Positions 28,355 to 42,055 of a stretch of 64,000 nucleotides of DNA are shown here, one piece after another. The number at the start of each line of letters is the position of its first letter. Within the stretch, counting starts at the first letter, position 1. Under the pieces are notes generated by a model. The model searched no databases. It saw only the letters and a program-made list of their open reading frames with translations, and was not told where the DNA came from. The position numbers were made by a program, and so were the translations under genes. This stretch comes from Eledone cirrhosa (taxonomy: Eukaryota). The stretch spans positions 35,030,001 through 35,094,000 of the forward strand of contig OZ024740.1 of the NCBI GenBank assembly GCA_964016885.1. The letters are read 5' to 3'.

Positions 28355-30169
28355 GTAAGATTAGAAACTGTTCAATTCTTTCTCATTTAATCAATAATGT
28401 TTCTGTCTGTATTACTATAAAGACGCCAATAATGATTCTTTTAAGCTTCGATCTTTCTGATTGATATATTATCAAATAAAAATCTTCCTGAGGGAAGAGA
28501 CATTCTATCTACACCTCCGCTATATTGGAGCTGTGATCTCTCAATTGGGAGAAGTAGCGGCTCTACCTGAGTGACTCTTTAATCTCCGAGCTACACAACT
28601 TATTACTTCAAAAATCCTTTGGAGGAACCCATCACTGGTACTATGTTTTTAAATGTCTAGGTTTTTGTAGCCGGAAAAATAGATTAGGTACTTTACCCAT
28701 TGTCCTTCGGGCATTTTCGATATGCTTTCAAGCAAACCAAAGTCTGATGAAAATATGAAACAGAGAGCTGTGATATCATACGGCCATGTTTTTAGAAACG
28801 CAATAGCTGTCCAGTTTTACGACTTCTGCTTAACACACCTGAATTATGATATTTTTTTTAAAATCTACTATTTAAAAGTTTCAGTATATTCATAACATAT
28901 GGTAGATAAACGTAGTTATTTACTTACAAAAATCAATTAAAATGTATTTTATGACTTATGTAGAGAAACAAACCAATGATATTGAATATCTAACAAACCG
29001 ATTTTATTGAATATCTAACAAACCGATTTTATTGAACATCTAAAATTATTAATTTTGGTGTTATATTCTTAATTTTTGTAATTCAATGTATTATAATAGA
29101 GATGCAAATGAAGGTATATACGATGTGATTATATAATAAACATAAGTCTCGCTATGAGTGTTTTAAGTTGTGATGATCAAGTTGCAACTAAATAGCCGTG
29201 TGAGAACGCCAGACATTACTGCTTTAGGATTTTTCTCCTTCATCAGTGACATTTGCTTACTCGGTGCTGAGATAAGAATAAACTATTGTTAGTATACTTT
29301 TTGCGTATTAAACATCAGCTGGAAACGTTCCTTTGCAATCTCTTCAACTTGTTCTTGATTAATCTAAATACCTGTTGCAGTTAGTCAACCAGTCAATTAG
29401 TCTTTTCACTGTTGATCCTAGGCCTATATTTACTGATTTTTCTGTTAGTTTGGTGGTCATCTGCTGATGTTTTAAACGTGTCTCTGCCAGATGAGTAATA
29501 CCAGGATCTATAAGGCATCTTGCCACCATCCATGTTATTCTGACTCCTGGTTCATTCATAACCCTCTGCATAACGAATTCAATAACAAGAATGAACAACA
29601 GGGGTAATAGCATACAACCTTGTCTCACTCCAGTACCAATCGTGAGTTGCTATACAGGCTCTTGAAGATAGTGATATTCTGGAACACCATACTTTTTAGC
29701 TATGTACCATAACGTCACCTCAAATACAATGTCGAATACTTTCTTAAAACCAACTCAGTTGATGAACAGTGACTACTGAAGATCAAGGCACTGCTACACA
29801 GTATTTCGCAGCACAAAACTTTATTCAATTCCTGAGTTTCAAGAGGAAAAACCTGTTTGTTCTTCTCTAAACTTCTCATCTAGTATTGCTTTCAATTTAT
29901 GCAGCAGAGTTGAGTAGAGAACTTTCCGGGTACTGACAGAAAGTTGATGCTTCACCAACTGCTGCAGTTACTGAAATTTCCTGTCTTTGCTAGTTTGATA
30001 ATCACGCCTTTAGTCCACTTTTGTCTTTTTCTTTCACATCAGGTTTTGCATAATTTGGTCATTTCTTCCACTTTTCAACACGGATCTGGTCAAATCCTGG
30101 TACTTTGTTGTTCTTCAGTTTCTTTAGAGCTTGAGTGATTGATGAGGGTCATTGAGGATGTTCAACTCC

Positions 30170-30355
30170 AGTGGCATCTAGACAGGAACTGTGAGGGTAT
30201 CTATTGTGACATCTTGACAGGAACTGTGAAGGTATCTATTGTGACATCTAGACAGGAACTGTGAGGGTATCTGTTGTGACATCTAGACAAGAACTGTAAT
30301 GGGGATTTAGTGTGACATTTTGACAGGAACTGTGAGGGCATTTGTTGTCATTCTG
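30170..30355. repeat. 35-bp tandem repeat, about 5 copies
   Basis: GACAGGAACTGTGAGGGTATCTATTGTGACATCTA recurring at 30181, 30216, 30251, 30286 and 30322. Confidence 0.9.
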
Positions 30356-30611
30356 TAACGCTGAGCTCCTTCTTTAGCTAGTACAAATACAGACAATTTC
30401 ATTATCAGTAAATCCGTCATGTGAGTGCAATGTTATCTTATGAATGGAGTGGTGAGCCAAAATATTCTACAAATTCTCAAGCTGTTGAAGTTGCAGAATT
30501 ATTCCTCATTTATTGTAGTCTCTTCCCTTGATGAATAAGAATCTTTTAATTGTTTAACGCCACTTCTATTGTTGTCCAGTTGTGTGCTCCAATTTCCGAT
30601 TTGCGTGATAG

Positions 30612-33600
30612 TTGGAAACTTGGCTGTGGTGGTTGGCAACTTGGCTGTGGTGGTTGGGACCTTGGCTGTGGTGGTTGGGACCTTGGATGTGGTGGTTGGG
30701 ACCTTGGCTGTGGTGGTTGAAAACTTGGCCGTGGTGGTTGGAAACTTGGCTGTGGTGGTTGGGAACTTGGCTGTGGTGGTTGGAAACTTGGCTGTGGTGG
30801 TTGGGACCTTGGCTGTGGTAGTTGGGATCTTGGCTGTGGTGGTTGGGACCTTGGCTGTGGTGGTTGGGACCTTGGCTGTGGTGGTTGAAAACTTGGCCGT
30901 GGTGGTTGGAAACTTGGCTGTGGTGGTTGGGACCTTGGCTGTGGTGGTTGGGACCTTGGCTGTGGTGGTTGGAAACTTGGCTGTGGTGGTTGGGGACTTG
31001 GCTGTGGTGGTTGGGGACTTGGCCGTGGTGGTTGGAACTTGGCTGTGGTGGTTGGACCCTGGCTGTGGTGGTTGGGACCTTGGCTGTGGTGATTGGGACC
31101 TTGGCTGTGGTGGTTGGAAACTTGGCTGTGGTGGTTGGACCTTGGCTGTGGTGGTTGGGACCTTGGCTGTGGTGGTTGGGACCTTGGCTGTGGTGGTTGG
31201 AAACTTGGCTGTGGTGGTTGGGACATTGGCTGTGGTGGTTGGGATCTTGGCTGTGATGGTTGGACCTTGGCTGTGGTGGTTGGGAACTTGGCTGTGGTGG
31301 TTGGGACCTTGGCTGTGGTGGTTGGGACCTCGGCTGTGGTGGCTGGGACCTTGGCTGTGGTGGTTGGAAACTTGGCTGTGGTGGTTGGGACCTTGGCTGT
31401 GGTGGTTGGGATCTTGGGGCTGTGGTGGTTGGGACCTTGGCTGTGGTGGTTGGGACCTTGGCTGTGGTGGTTGGGACCTTGGCTGTGTTGGTTGGGACCT
31501 TGGCTGTGGTGGTTGGGACCTTGGCTGTGGTGGTTGGAAACTTGGCTGTGGTGGTTGGGACCTTGGCTGTGGTGGTTGGGAACTTGGCTGTGGTGGTTGG
31601 GACCTTGGCTGTGGTGGTTGGGACCTTGGCTGTGGTGGTTGGGACCTTGGCTGTGTTGGTTGGGACCTTGGCTGTGGTGGTTGGGACCTTGGCTGTGATG
31701 GTTGGAAACTTGGCTGTGGTGGTTGGGAACTTGGCTGTGGTGGTTGGACCTTGGCTGTGATGGTTGGGACCTTGGCTGTGGTGGTTGGGACCTTGGCTGT
31801 GGTGGTTGGGACCTTGGCTGTGGTGGTTGGGACCTTGGCTGTGGTGGTTGAGAACTTGGCTGTGATGGTTGGGACCTTGGATGTGGTGGTTGGGAACTTG
31901 GCTGTGGTGGTTGAGACCTTGGCTGTGGTGGTTGAGAACTTGGCTGTGATGGTTGGGAACTTGACTGTGGTGGTTGAGACCTTGGCTCTGGTGGTTGAGA
32001 ACTTGGCTGTGATGGTTGGGACCTTGGCTGTGGTGGTTGGGACCTTGGCTGTGGTGGTTGGGACCTTGGCTGTGATGGTTGGGGACTTGGCTGTGGTGGT
32101 TGGAGACTTGGCTGTGGTGATTGGAAACTTGGCTGTGGTGGTTGGGACCTTGGCTGTGGTGGTTGGGGATTTGGCTGTAGTGGTTGGAAACTTGGCTGTG
32201 GTGGTTGGAAACTTGGCTGTGGTGGTTGGGGACTTGGCTGTGGTGGTTGGGACCTTGGCTGTGGTGGTTGGGAACTTGGCTGTGGTGGTTGGGACCTTGG
32301 TTGTGGTGGTTGGGACCTTGGCTGTGGTGGTTGGGGACTTGGCTGTGGTGGTTGGGGACTTGGCTGTGGTGGTTGGAAACTTGGCTGTGGTGGTTGGAAA
32401 CTTGGCTGTGGTGGTTGGGGACTTGGCTGTGGTGGTTGGGACCTTGGCTGTGGTGGTTGGGACCTTGGCTGTGGTGGTTGGGACCTTGGCTGTGATGGTT
32501 GGGGACTTGGCTGTGGTGGTTGGGACCTTGGCTGTGGAGGTTGGGACCTTGGCTGTGATGGTTGGGGACTTGGCTGTGGTGGTTGGGGACTTGGCTGTGG
32601 TGATTGGAAACTTGGCTGTGGTGGTTGGGACCTTGGCTGTTGTGGTTGGGGACTTGGCTGTGGTGGTTGGAAACTTGGCTGTGGTGGTTGGAAACTTGGC
32701 TGTGGTGGTTGGGAACTTGGCTGTGGTGGTTGGGACCTTGGCTGTGGTGGTTGGGACCTTGGCTGTGGTGGTTGGGACCTTGGCTGTGGTGGTTGGGACC
32801 TTGGCTGTGATGGCTGCGAACTTGGCTGTGTTGGCTGCGAACTTGGCTATGGTGGTTGGGACCTTGGTTGTGGTGGTTGGGACCTTGGCTGTGGTGGTTG
32901 GGGACTTGGCTGTGGTGGTTGGGGACTTGGCTGTGGTGGTTGGAAACTTGGCTGTGGTGGTTGGAAACTTGGCTGTGGTGGTTGGGGACTTGGCTGTGGT
33001 GGTTGGGACCTTGGCTGTGGTGGTTGGGACCTTGGCTGTGGTGGTTGGGACCTTGGCTGTGATGGTTGGGGACTTGGCTGTGGTGGTTGGGACCTTGGCT
33101 GTGGAGGTTGGGACCTTGGCTGTGATGGTTGGGGACTTGGCTGTGGTGGTTGGGGACATGGCTGTGGTGATTGGAAACTTGGCTGTGGTGGTTGGGACCT
33201 TGGCTGTTGTGGTTGGGGACTTGGCTGTGGTGGTTGGAAACTTGGCTGTGGTGGTTGGAAACTTGGCTGTGGTGGTTGGGAACTTGGCTGTGGTGGTTGG
33301 GACCTTGGCTGTGGTGGTTGGGACCTTGGCTGTGGTGGTTGGGACCTTGGCTGTGGTGGTTGGGACCTTGGCTGTGATGGCTGCGAACTTGGCTGTGTTG
33401 GCTGCGAACTTGGCTGTGGTGGTTGGGAACTTGGCCGTGGTGGTTGGAAACTTGGCTGTGGTGGTTGGGAACTTGGCTGTGGTGGTTGGGACCTTGGCTG
33501 TGGTGGCTGCGAACTTGGCTGTGGTGGTTGGGACCTTGGCTGTGGTGGTTGGGACCTTGGCTGTGGTGGTTGGGGACTTGGCTGTGGTGGTTGGGACCTT

Positions 33601-34872
33601 GGCTCTGGTGGTTGGGGACTTGGCTGTGGTGGTTGAGAACTTAGCTGTGGTGGTTGGACCTTGGCTGTGATGGTTGGGACCTTGGCTGTGGTGGTTGGGA
33701 ACTTGGCTGTGGTGGTTGGACCTTGGCTGTGATGGTTGGGACCTTGGCTGTGGTGGTTGGGACCTTGGCTGTGGTGGTTGGGACCTTGGCTGTGGTGGTT
33801 GGGGACTTGGCTCTGGTGGTTGAGAACTTAGCTGTGGTGGTTGGACCTTGGCTGTGATGGTTGGAAACTTGGCTGTGGTGGTTGGGACCTTGGCTGTGGT
33901 GGTTGGGACCTTGGCTGTGGTGGTTGGGACCTTGGCTGTGTTGGTTGAGAACTTAGCTGTGGTGGTTGGAAACTTGGCTGTCGTGGTTGGGAACTTGGCT
34001 GTGGTGGTTGAGACCTTGGCTGTGGTGGTTGGGACCTTGGCTGTGGTGGTTGAGAACTTGGCTGTGATGGCTGGGACCTTGGCTGTGGTGGTTGAGACCT
34101 TGGCTGTGGTGGTTGAGAACTTGGCTGTGATGGTTGGGACCTTGGCTGTGGTGGTTGGGAACTTGGTTGTGGTGGTTGGAAACTTGGCTGTCGTGGTTGA
34201 GACCTTGGCTGTGGTGGTTGGGAACTAGGCTGTGATGGTTGGGACCTTGGCTGTGGTGGTTGAGAACTTAGCTGTGGTGGTTGGAAACTTGGCTGTCGTG
34301 GTTGGGAACTTGGCTGTGGTGGTTGAGACCTTGGCTGTGGTGGTTGAGAACTTGGCTGTGATGGTTGGGAACTTGGCTGTGGTGGTTGAGACCTTGGCTG
34401 TGGTGGTTGAGAACTTGGCTGTGATGGTTGGGACCTTGGCTGTGGTGGCTGGGAACTTGGCTGTGGTGGTTGGAAACTTGGCTGTCGTGGTTGAGACCTT
34501 GGCTGTGGTGGTTGGGAACTTGGCTGTGATGGTTGGGACCTTGGCTGTGGTGGTTGAGAACTTAGCTGTGGTGGTTGGAAACTTGACTGTCGTGGTTGGG
34601 AACTTGGCTGTGGTGGTTGAGACCTTGGCTGTGGTGGTTGAGAACTTGGCTGTGATGGTTGGGAACTTGGCTGTGGTGGTTGGGAACTTGGCTGTGATGG
34701 TTGGGACCTTGGCTGTGGTGGTTGAAAACTTGGCTGTGGTGGTTGGGAACTTGGCTGTGGTGGTTGGAAACTTGGCTGTCGTGGTTGGGACCTTGGCTGT
34801 GGTGGTTGGGACCTTGGCTGTGGTGGCTGCGAACTTGGCCATATCGGCTGAGAACTTGGCATGGTGGTTGGG
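30612..34872. repeat. 21-bp G-rich minisatellite (TTGGCTGTGGTGGTTGGGACC), about 200 copies, with a 567-bp (27-mer) internal duplication
   Basis: Directly visible; the ORF track repeats at +567 (32604/33171; 32856/33423). Confidence 0.97.
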
Positions 34873-35751
34873 AACTTTACTGAGAAACCTTTGGAGTTGT
34901 CCATTGAATGCGTTATTGTCAACATCGCATCCTCCGTTGGCGAGTATACCTCGATAACCGATGCCTCTAGAAATCAAGTCTGGACCTGAGCTGTTATGAT
35001 TCAGTCACTAACTAATTTCCAGCCAATCAGTGGTCTACTTGCTTCTACCTCAAGTATTAGTTCCACTTGATGTTCATATTGATCTTTGTGACCTAAATAC
35101 AATAATTTTCATTTCAAGATAGTTTGTCCTTCCTCCAATTCGTCACATTTCACTAAATCTATAACACCCAGTAGATGTCAATTTGTTTTACATCACCACT
35201 ACTAATGCTTCTTGTTCATACAAGCTTCTCGTTTTCCAAGTAGCAATTCTGATTTACATTATAAGGGTTCCTCCTCCTCCCCCCTCCTCCTTCTTCCCCT
35301 CCTCTTCCTCCTCCTCCTTCACTCCCTGGAGTGCCAACTGGACCATTTCATGTATTCAAAATGTCTATTCGAAAGTTGAAAGCTGATAGTATACAGTGAT
35401 ATTTCGTTATAACGAAATTCACGGGGTATAAAAAATTCGTTGTAACGAAAAATTCTTTATAACGAGATCAACCGAAACAAATAGAGCGTCTGTTTGTTAT
35501 TACCTCGAGGATAGAGAAAAATTTTGTAATACTGAAAAATTCGTTATAATGGTGCAATTTTGATGCTTGCCCTGGGCGCCGTTTACCCTAGCTACACCAC
35601 TGTATATATATATATGTATATGTATGTATATATATATATATATATGTATGTATATATATATGGCAGCATGAATGGACCTGTTATTTTTCTCTAAAAACAT
35701 TTTTTCCAATTCCACGCCGCCCGTCCCTTCAATCTTTCTAATTTCTCATTC

Positions 35752-35790
35752 TTTCTTCTGATGAAGGATTAGCGTCCGAAACGTTAAGAC
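35752..35790 (+). ncRNA. Minimal hammerhead ribozyme-like motif (further copies with core at 37965 and 40294)
   Basis: TTCTT-CTGATGA-a-GGAT-tagc-GTCC-GAAA-CG-TTA-AGA. Copies 2 and 3 have TGAC-tagc-GTCC, implying an ancestral GGAC/GTCC stem II. Confidence 0.6.
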
Positions 35791-36609
35791 CCTCTTCCTG
35801 CTATATCAAGCGTTAACCTAATATATTCCTTCCATACACTGTAACGATTGTGTTGTTATTTCTGTTTACCTTTTACATACATATATTTTTACACACACTC
35901 ACACACATATATATATATATATAATAAAAAATGTATCCTTTAATTGAAAGAGCTGTAGGGAATTAAATTTAATGCAAATTATTTCATTAAAAAACCCGTT
36001 TAAAAGTACGTAAATTAAAATAGGTTTCGTGTAGAATCGATTGTTTCAGTTAGAATGAAGTCACATACCAACTTACAAATAAGATACTTTTAATGTTCTC
36101 GAGATTACAGTAAAACTTCTAGAAGGCGATAAAGTGACAACAAAATTGTTAGTTGATCTATAAATTAGGACGAGCCTTCTTCGCACCAGATGTGGACAAT
36201 GTTTTTGTTTCCATAGCAATATGTACTTTTCTCCACTAAGTCTTTCCTTTCAGCCCAACGCCCATGCAACTCTTGTCTCAAACGGTCTTAGGACCGGCTA
36301 TGAGGGTATCACAGTTTTAAAACACTCAACTAGTTTCAACTACCCGGAAAAGTGCGAAAAACATCGAGTAAAGAAGCGAAAAGGAACATACCGTTTTTGT
36401 TGTATTTTTTAATATTAACCTATTTTCTGTCTATTGAAAGAATATCTCCAGATTTTATATCGTATTCATCACAATAAAAATATGCAGAACTGAGACAGAA
36501 TAATAAATGTTTCTAAATCAAATTACAGGTAACATTCCGTCATAACAAATACCATTATAACGAATTTTTCAGTATTACAACATTTTTCTCTATCCCCGAG
36601 GTAATAACA

Positions 36610-37080
36610 AACAGGGAAGGGAAGCCTGCAGTGTCCAAGCCATGCTTTATGACCTCGTTGAGAGCAGCATGGCGTGGAAGGCGGCCGGCACTGTGACGAC
36701 AGGAATGCGGGTGGAGTCCGAAAGAGTCCATGGTGAATCCACAGCGACATTGGTGTGGCTCGCAGATCCGGAGGCCAAGCCTCAAGGAAACGACGATGCG
36801 CAGGCTATTGTTGTCTAGCTGCGTGCCAGTGGAAAAGGAGGGCCAAGCACGGAGCCAGACACCACTGTGGGTTTGGAGGCCGCACGAAAACAGGCAAGGC
36901 GGTGGTGGTCGAGCTGGAGCATTAGCCTGTCTGAGGCCAGGCTGCACTGGATTGCATCCCAAATGCTTGGGGTGGGGTGGGGGACTTGACGCCAGCAGGG
37001 GAGAAGGAGGAGGGAGTCTACTGGGCTAATTCCCAGCCGGTTCCACATCTCACAGGCGGCCTCACGTTCCATGGTCGCGT
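36610..37080 (-). mobile_element. CRE-like non-LTR retrotransposon fragment (zinc-knuckle region); duplicated at 38941-39411
   Basis: HSGVWLRAWPS...GTQLD...LRLGLRICEPHQCRCG..MDSFGLHPHSC...GR..RHAALNEVIKHGLDTAGFPS, the typical CRE-clade segment preceding the RLE domain. Confidence 0.8.
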
Positions 37081-37828
37081 AAATGAAAACTCAAATAAGG
37101 TAATCTTATATCGATGTGAAGTACTTGATATGATTTCATGCGGCACAATCAAATATAGGACAGGTGAGCAAATAGAATGACTGATTGTAAAACTAGTGCA
37201 ACCGGTATGGTGATATAAAAACGAATATAAGTTATTTGTTAACATATAAATGTGAATTAAGTCAGTTAATAGTTCATATGTAGTAAGTAGATAAGTTTAG
37301 GTACAATTTACAGTACTTATATAAACACTTTTCAATTGAATCGTGCGAAAAGTATTCTCTCTAATATTTTTGATCAGTTGACACAGGTTCCTCCTCCTCC
37401 CCTTCCCCTCCTCTTCCTCCTCCTCCTCCTCCTTCACTCCCTGGAGTGCCAACTGGACCATTTCATGTATTAAAAATGTCTATTCGAAAGTTGAAAGCTG
37501 ATAGTATACAGTGATATTTCGTTATAACGAAATTCACGGGGCATAACAAATTCGTTGTAACGAAAAATTCTTTATAACGAGATCAACCGAAACAAATAGA
37601 GCGTCTGTTTGTTATTACCTCGAGGATAGAGAAGAAATTTGTAATACTGAAAAATTCGTTATAATGGTTATAATGGCGCAATTTTGATGCTTGCCCTGGG
37701 CGCCGTTTACCCTAGCTACGCGACTGTATATATATATATATGTATATATATGTATGTATATATATATATATATATATAGAAATGTTTTTAGAGAAAAATA
37801 ACAGGTCCATTCATGCTGCCATATATAT

Positions 37829-37872
<44 letters not shown>

Positions 37873-38108
37873 ACATGAATGGACCTGTTATTTTTCTCTA
37901 AAAACATTTTTTCCAATTCCACGCCGCCCGTCCCTTCAATCTTTCTAATTTCTCATTCTTTCTTCTGATGAATGACTAGCGTCCGAAACGTTAAGACCCT
38001 CTTCCTGCTATATCAAGCGTTAACCTAATATATTTCTTCCATACACTGTAACGATTGTGTTGTTATTTCTGTTTGCCTTTTACATATATATATTTTTACA
38101 CACACACA

Positions 38109-38254
<146 letters not shown>

Positions 38255-40159
38255 ATAAAAAATGTATCCTTTAATTGAAAGAGCTGTAGGGAATTAAATT
38301 TAATGCAAATTATTTCATTAAAAAACTCGTTTAAAAGCACGTAAATTAAAATAGGTTTCGTGTAGAATCGATTGTTTCAGTTAGAATGAAGTCACATACC
38401 AACTTACAAATAAGATACTTTTAATGTTCTCGAGATTACAGTAAAACTTCTAGAAGGCGATAAAGTGACAACAAAATTGTTAGTTGATCTATAAATTAGG
38501 ACGAGCCTTCTTCGCACCAGATGTGGACAATGTTTTTGTTTCCATAGCAATATGTACTTTTCTCCACTAAGTCTTTCCTTTCAGCCCAACGCCCATGCAA
38601 CTCTTGTCTCAAACGGTCTTAGGACCGGCTATGAGGGTATCACAGTTTTAAAACACTCAACTAGTTTCAACTACCCGGAAAAGTGCGAAAAACATCGAGT
38701 AAAGAAGCGAAAAGGAACATACCGTTTTTGTTGTATTTTTTAATATTAACCTATTTTCTGTCTATTGAAAGAATATCTCCAGATTTTATATCGTATTCAT
38801 CACAATAAAAATATGCAGAACTGAGACAGAATAATAAATGTTTCTAAATCAAATTACAGGTAACATTCCGTCATAACAAATACCATTATAACGAATTTTT
38901 CAGTATTACAACATTTTTCTCTATCCCCGAGGTAATAACAAACAGGGAAGGGAAGCCTGCAGTGTCCAAGCCATGCTTTATGACCTCGTTGAGAGCAGCA
39001 TGGCGTGGAAGGCGGCCGGCACTGTGACGACAGGAATGCGGGTGGAGTCCGAAAGAGTCCATGGTGAATCCACAGCGACATTGGTGTGGCTCGCAGATCC
39101 GGAGGCCAAGCCTCAAGGAAACGACGATGCGCAGGCTATTGTTGTCTAGCTGCGTGCCAGTGGAAAAGGAGGGCCAAGCACGGAGCCAGACACCACTGTG
39201 GGTTTGGAGGCCGCACGAAAACAGGCAAGGCGGTGGTGGTCGAGCTGGAGCATTAGCCTGTCTGAGGCCAGGCTGCACTGGATTGCATCCCAAATGCTTG
39301 GGGTGGGGTGGGGGACTTGACGCCAGCAGGGGAGAAGGAGGAGGGAGTCTACTGGGCTAATTCCCAGCCGGTTCCACATCTCACAGGCGGCCTCACGTTC
39401 CATGGTCGCGTAAATGAAAACTCAAATAAGGTAATCTTATATCGATGTGAAGTACTTGATATGATTTCATGCGGCACAATCAAATATAGGACAGGTGAGC
39501 AAATAGAATGACTGATTGTAAAACTAGTGCAACCGGTATGGTGATATAAAAACGAATATAAGTTATTTGTTAACATATAAATGTGAATTAAGTCAGTTAA
39601 TAGTTCATATGTAGTAAGTAGATAAGTTTAGGTACAATTTACAGTACTTATATAAACACTTTTCAATTGAATCGTGCGAAAAGTATTCTCTCTAATATTT
39701 TTGATCAGTTGACACAGGTTCCTCCTCCTCCCCTTCCCCTCCTCTTCCTCCTCCTCCTCCTCCTTCACTCCCTGGAGTGCCAACTGGACCATTTCATGTA
39801 TTAAAAATGTCTATTCGAAAGTTGAAAGCTGATAGTATACAGTGATATTTCGTTATAACGAAATTCACGGGGCATAACAAATTCGTTGTAACGAAAAATT
39901 CTTTATAACGAGATCAACCGAAACAAATAGAGCGTCTGTTTGTTATTACCTCGAGGATAGAGAAGAAATTTGTAATACTGAAAAATTCGTTATAATGGTT
40001 ATAATGGCGCAATTTTGATGCTTGCCCTGGGCGCCGTTTACCCTAGCTACGCGACTGTATATATATATATATGTATATATATGTATGTATATATATATAT
40101 ATATATATAGAAATGTTTTTAGAGAAAAATAACAGGTCCATTCATGCTGCCATATATAT

Positions 40160-40201
<42 letters not shown>

Positions 40202-40437
40202 ACATGAATGGACCTGTTATTTTTCTCTAAAAACATTTTTTCCAATTCCACGCCGCCCGTCCCTTCAATCTTTCTAATTTCTCATTCTTTCTTCTGATGA
40301 ATGACTAGCGTCCGAAACGTTAAGACCCTCTTCCTGCTATATCAAGCGTTAACCTAATATATTTCTTCCATACACTGTAACGATTGTGTTGTTATTTCTG
40401 TTTGCCTTTTACATATATATATTTTTACACACACACA

Positions 40438-40547
<110 letters not shown>

Positions 40548-41032
40548 ATAAAAAATGTATCCTTTAATTGAAAGAGCTGTAGGGAATTAAATTTAATGCA
40601 AATTATTTCATTAAAAAACTCGTTTAAAAGCACGTAAATTAAAATAGGTTTCGTGTAGAATCGATTGTTTCAGTTAGAATGAAGTCACATACCAACTTAC
40701 AAATAAGATACTTTTAATGTTCTCGAGATTACAGTAAAACTTCTAGAAGGCGATTAAGTGACAACAAAATTGTAAGTTGATCTAATTCATACGCATAGGT
40801 TCATGTGTACTAAGTCGATACAAAAAAAGAAATAATCTGAAGTAGTTGTGAAAATATATTATAGCTTCCTGTTGAATAAAGCGCACGGCGACCTCCTTGT
40901 CAGCTGAGGCATTCACTGATTGAAACTATTACCCCTACCACAATTCATAATTTGAGTAAGGAATGAATCTCAATTTCCTTTCGTTTCCACTAACATGTCA
41001 GGCCTTTGTGTCTACACAACATGAAACTAATA

Positions 41033-41200
41033 TAGGTAGAATTCCGTTATAACGAATACCATTATAACGAATTTTACAGTATAACGAAATTTTGTTCAAT
41101 CCCCGAGATATAACAAACAAACGTTCGATTTGTTTCGGTCGATCTCGTTATAAAGAATTTTTTGAAACCCCGTGAATTTTGTTATAACGGAATTTCACTG
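41033..41200 (-). mobile_element. Tc1/mariner-pogo-type MITE, same family as 18994-19182
   Basis: Reverse-oriented copy ending GTTATAACGGAATTTCACTG|TA, TA-flanked. Confidence 0.85.
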
Positions 41201-41745
41201 TATTTATAGTATTTACAACACAAGGGGTAGGATAGCGTCCAGTAAAAAGGGGGGTTTATTTCTTTGATATGTATGGCTATCACAATATTTCAAGTATTGG
41301 CGCAAAGAATCTGGTTTGGAAGTATTCATTAAATCTCTAAACTTTCCACTTGTAAATACGTCGGCATGAATATTATTTCTAAGGGATATTAAATGTTTAT
41401 ATATTTGCATGGAAACTGCATCTACGCTCCGTGTGGATGTGTTGTTAAGATGTTCACTTCACTACCTATTAGAAAAAAACTTGTTTCAGTGTCGCGCATA
41501 AAACTCGACCTCAAAACAACAAGGTTCAGAAGCGAAGCTCTTAACCATACAAATATTCCCATACATACATCTCTCCCTCGTTTCCCCATTCCTTGCTTCT
41601 GGTCCTTTCTTTTGTTATTCTTTCGCTAATCCTGAGCTTTTCTACTTCTATTTCATATATAATTTTGGGATGAAGCTCCCTATATTTCATTTCTTCCTAA
41701 CGTTAACTATTGCTCATATATTCTTGTCTTTTCGCAAATTACGTA

Positions 41746-42055
41746 CTCTCGGGCCTCGAATAATCGTCACTCCCCGCTTATTAATTTTTCAGACCCCCTG
41801 CTGCTTATTAAATTTACTAATCTATCTCCGGCGAAGTTTTATTTTATGTGGTAGCATTCTTGGGACAGTTAATTTTCTTTCTACATTAGAAATGATTAAA
41901 AAAAACCCACATTACTAGAAATTCCATACGTTTTAAAACAAATAGGATAGGTTGGGTCTCAATATGGAAACTAAACGACTAATTCTAGTTTTTAAAAAAT
42001 CAACCTAGAAAAATTATCGATTTTCCTATTTCCCTCATTATTTGGGGCCCGAGAG
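41746..42055. mobile_element. MITE with ~19-bp terminal inverted repeats
   Basis: TA|CTCTCGGGCCTCGAATAAT ... ATTATTTGGGGCCCGAGAG|CA. Confidence 0.65.

Larger units (their letters stand above)
29340..35150 (-). mobile_element. Decayed RTE-clade LINE (APE endonuclease and RT) interrupted by two minisatellites
   Basis: EN motifs GWKLVSD*IITA, SVIEVYSPTEDA and NAFNGQLQRFLSKVPNH (35050-34860), then IGNWSTQLDNNRSG, FCNFNSLRI and IHKITLHSHDGFTDNEI (30600-30390). RT motifs LKNNKVPGFDQI, WTKGVIIKLAKTGN, EEQTGF and GVRQGCMLLPLLF (30130-29580). Confidence 0.85.

Noticed and set aside
30499-34977. Mucin-like (AKVPTTT)n, CTD-like (SQPPQPR)n or (LAVVVGT)n proteins
   Set aside because: Single-base indels switch frames repeatedly, and the flanks are decayed LINE endonuclease sequence, so this is a non-coding minisatellite.
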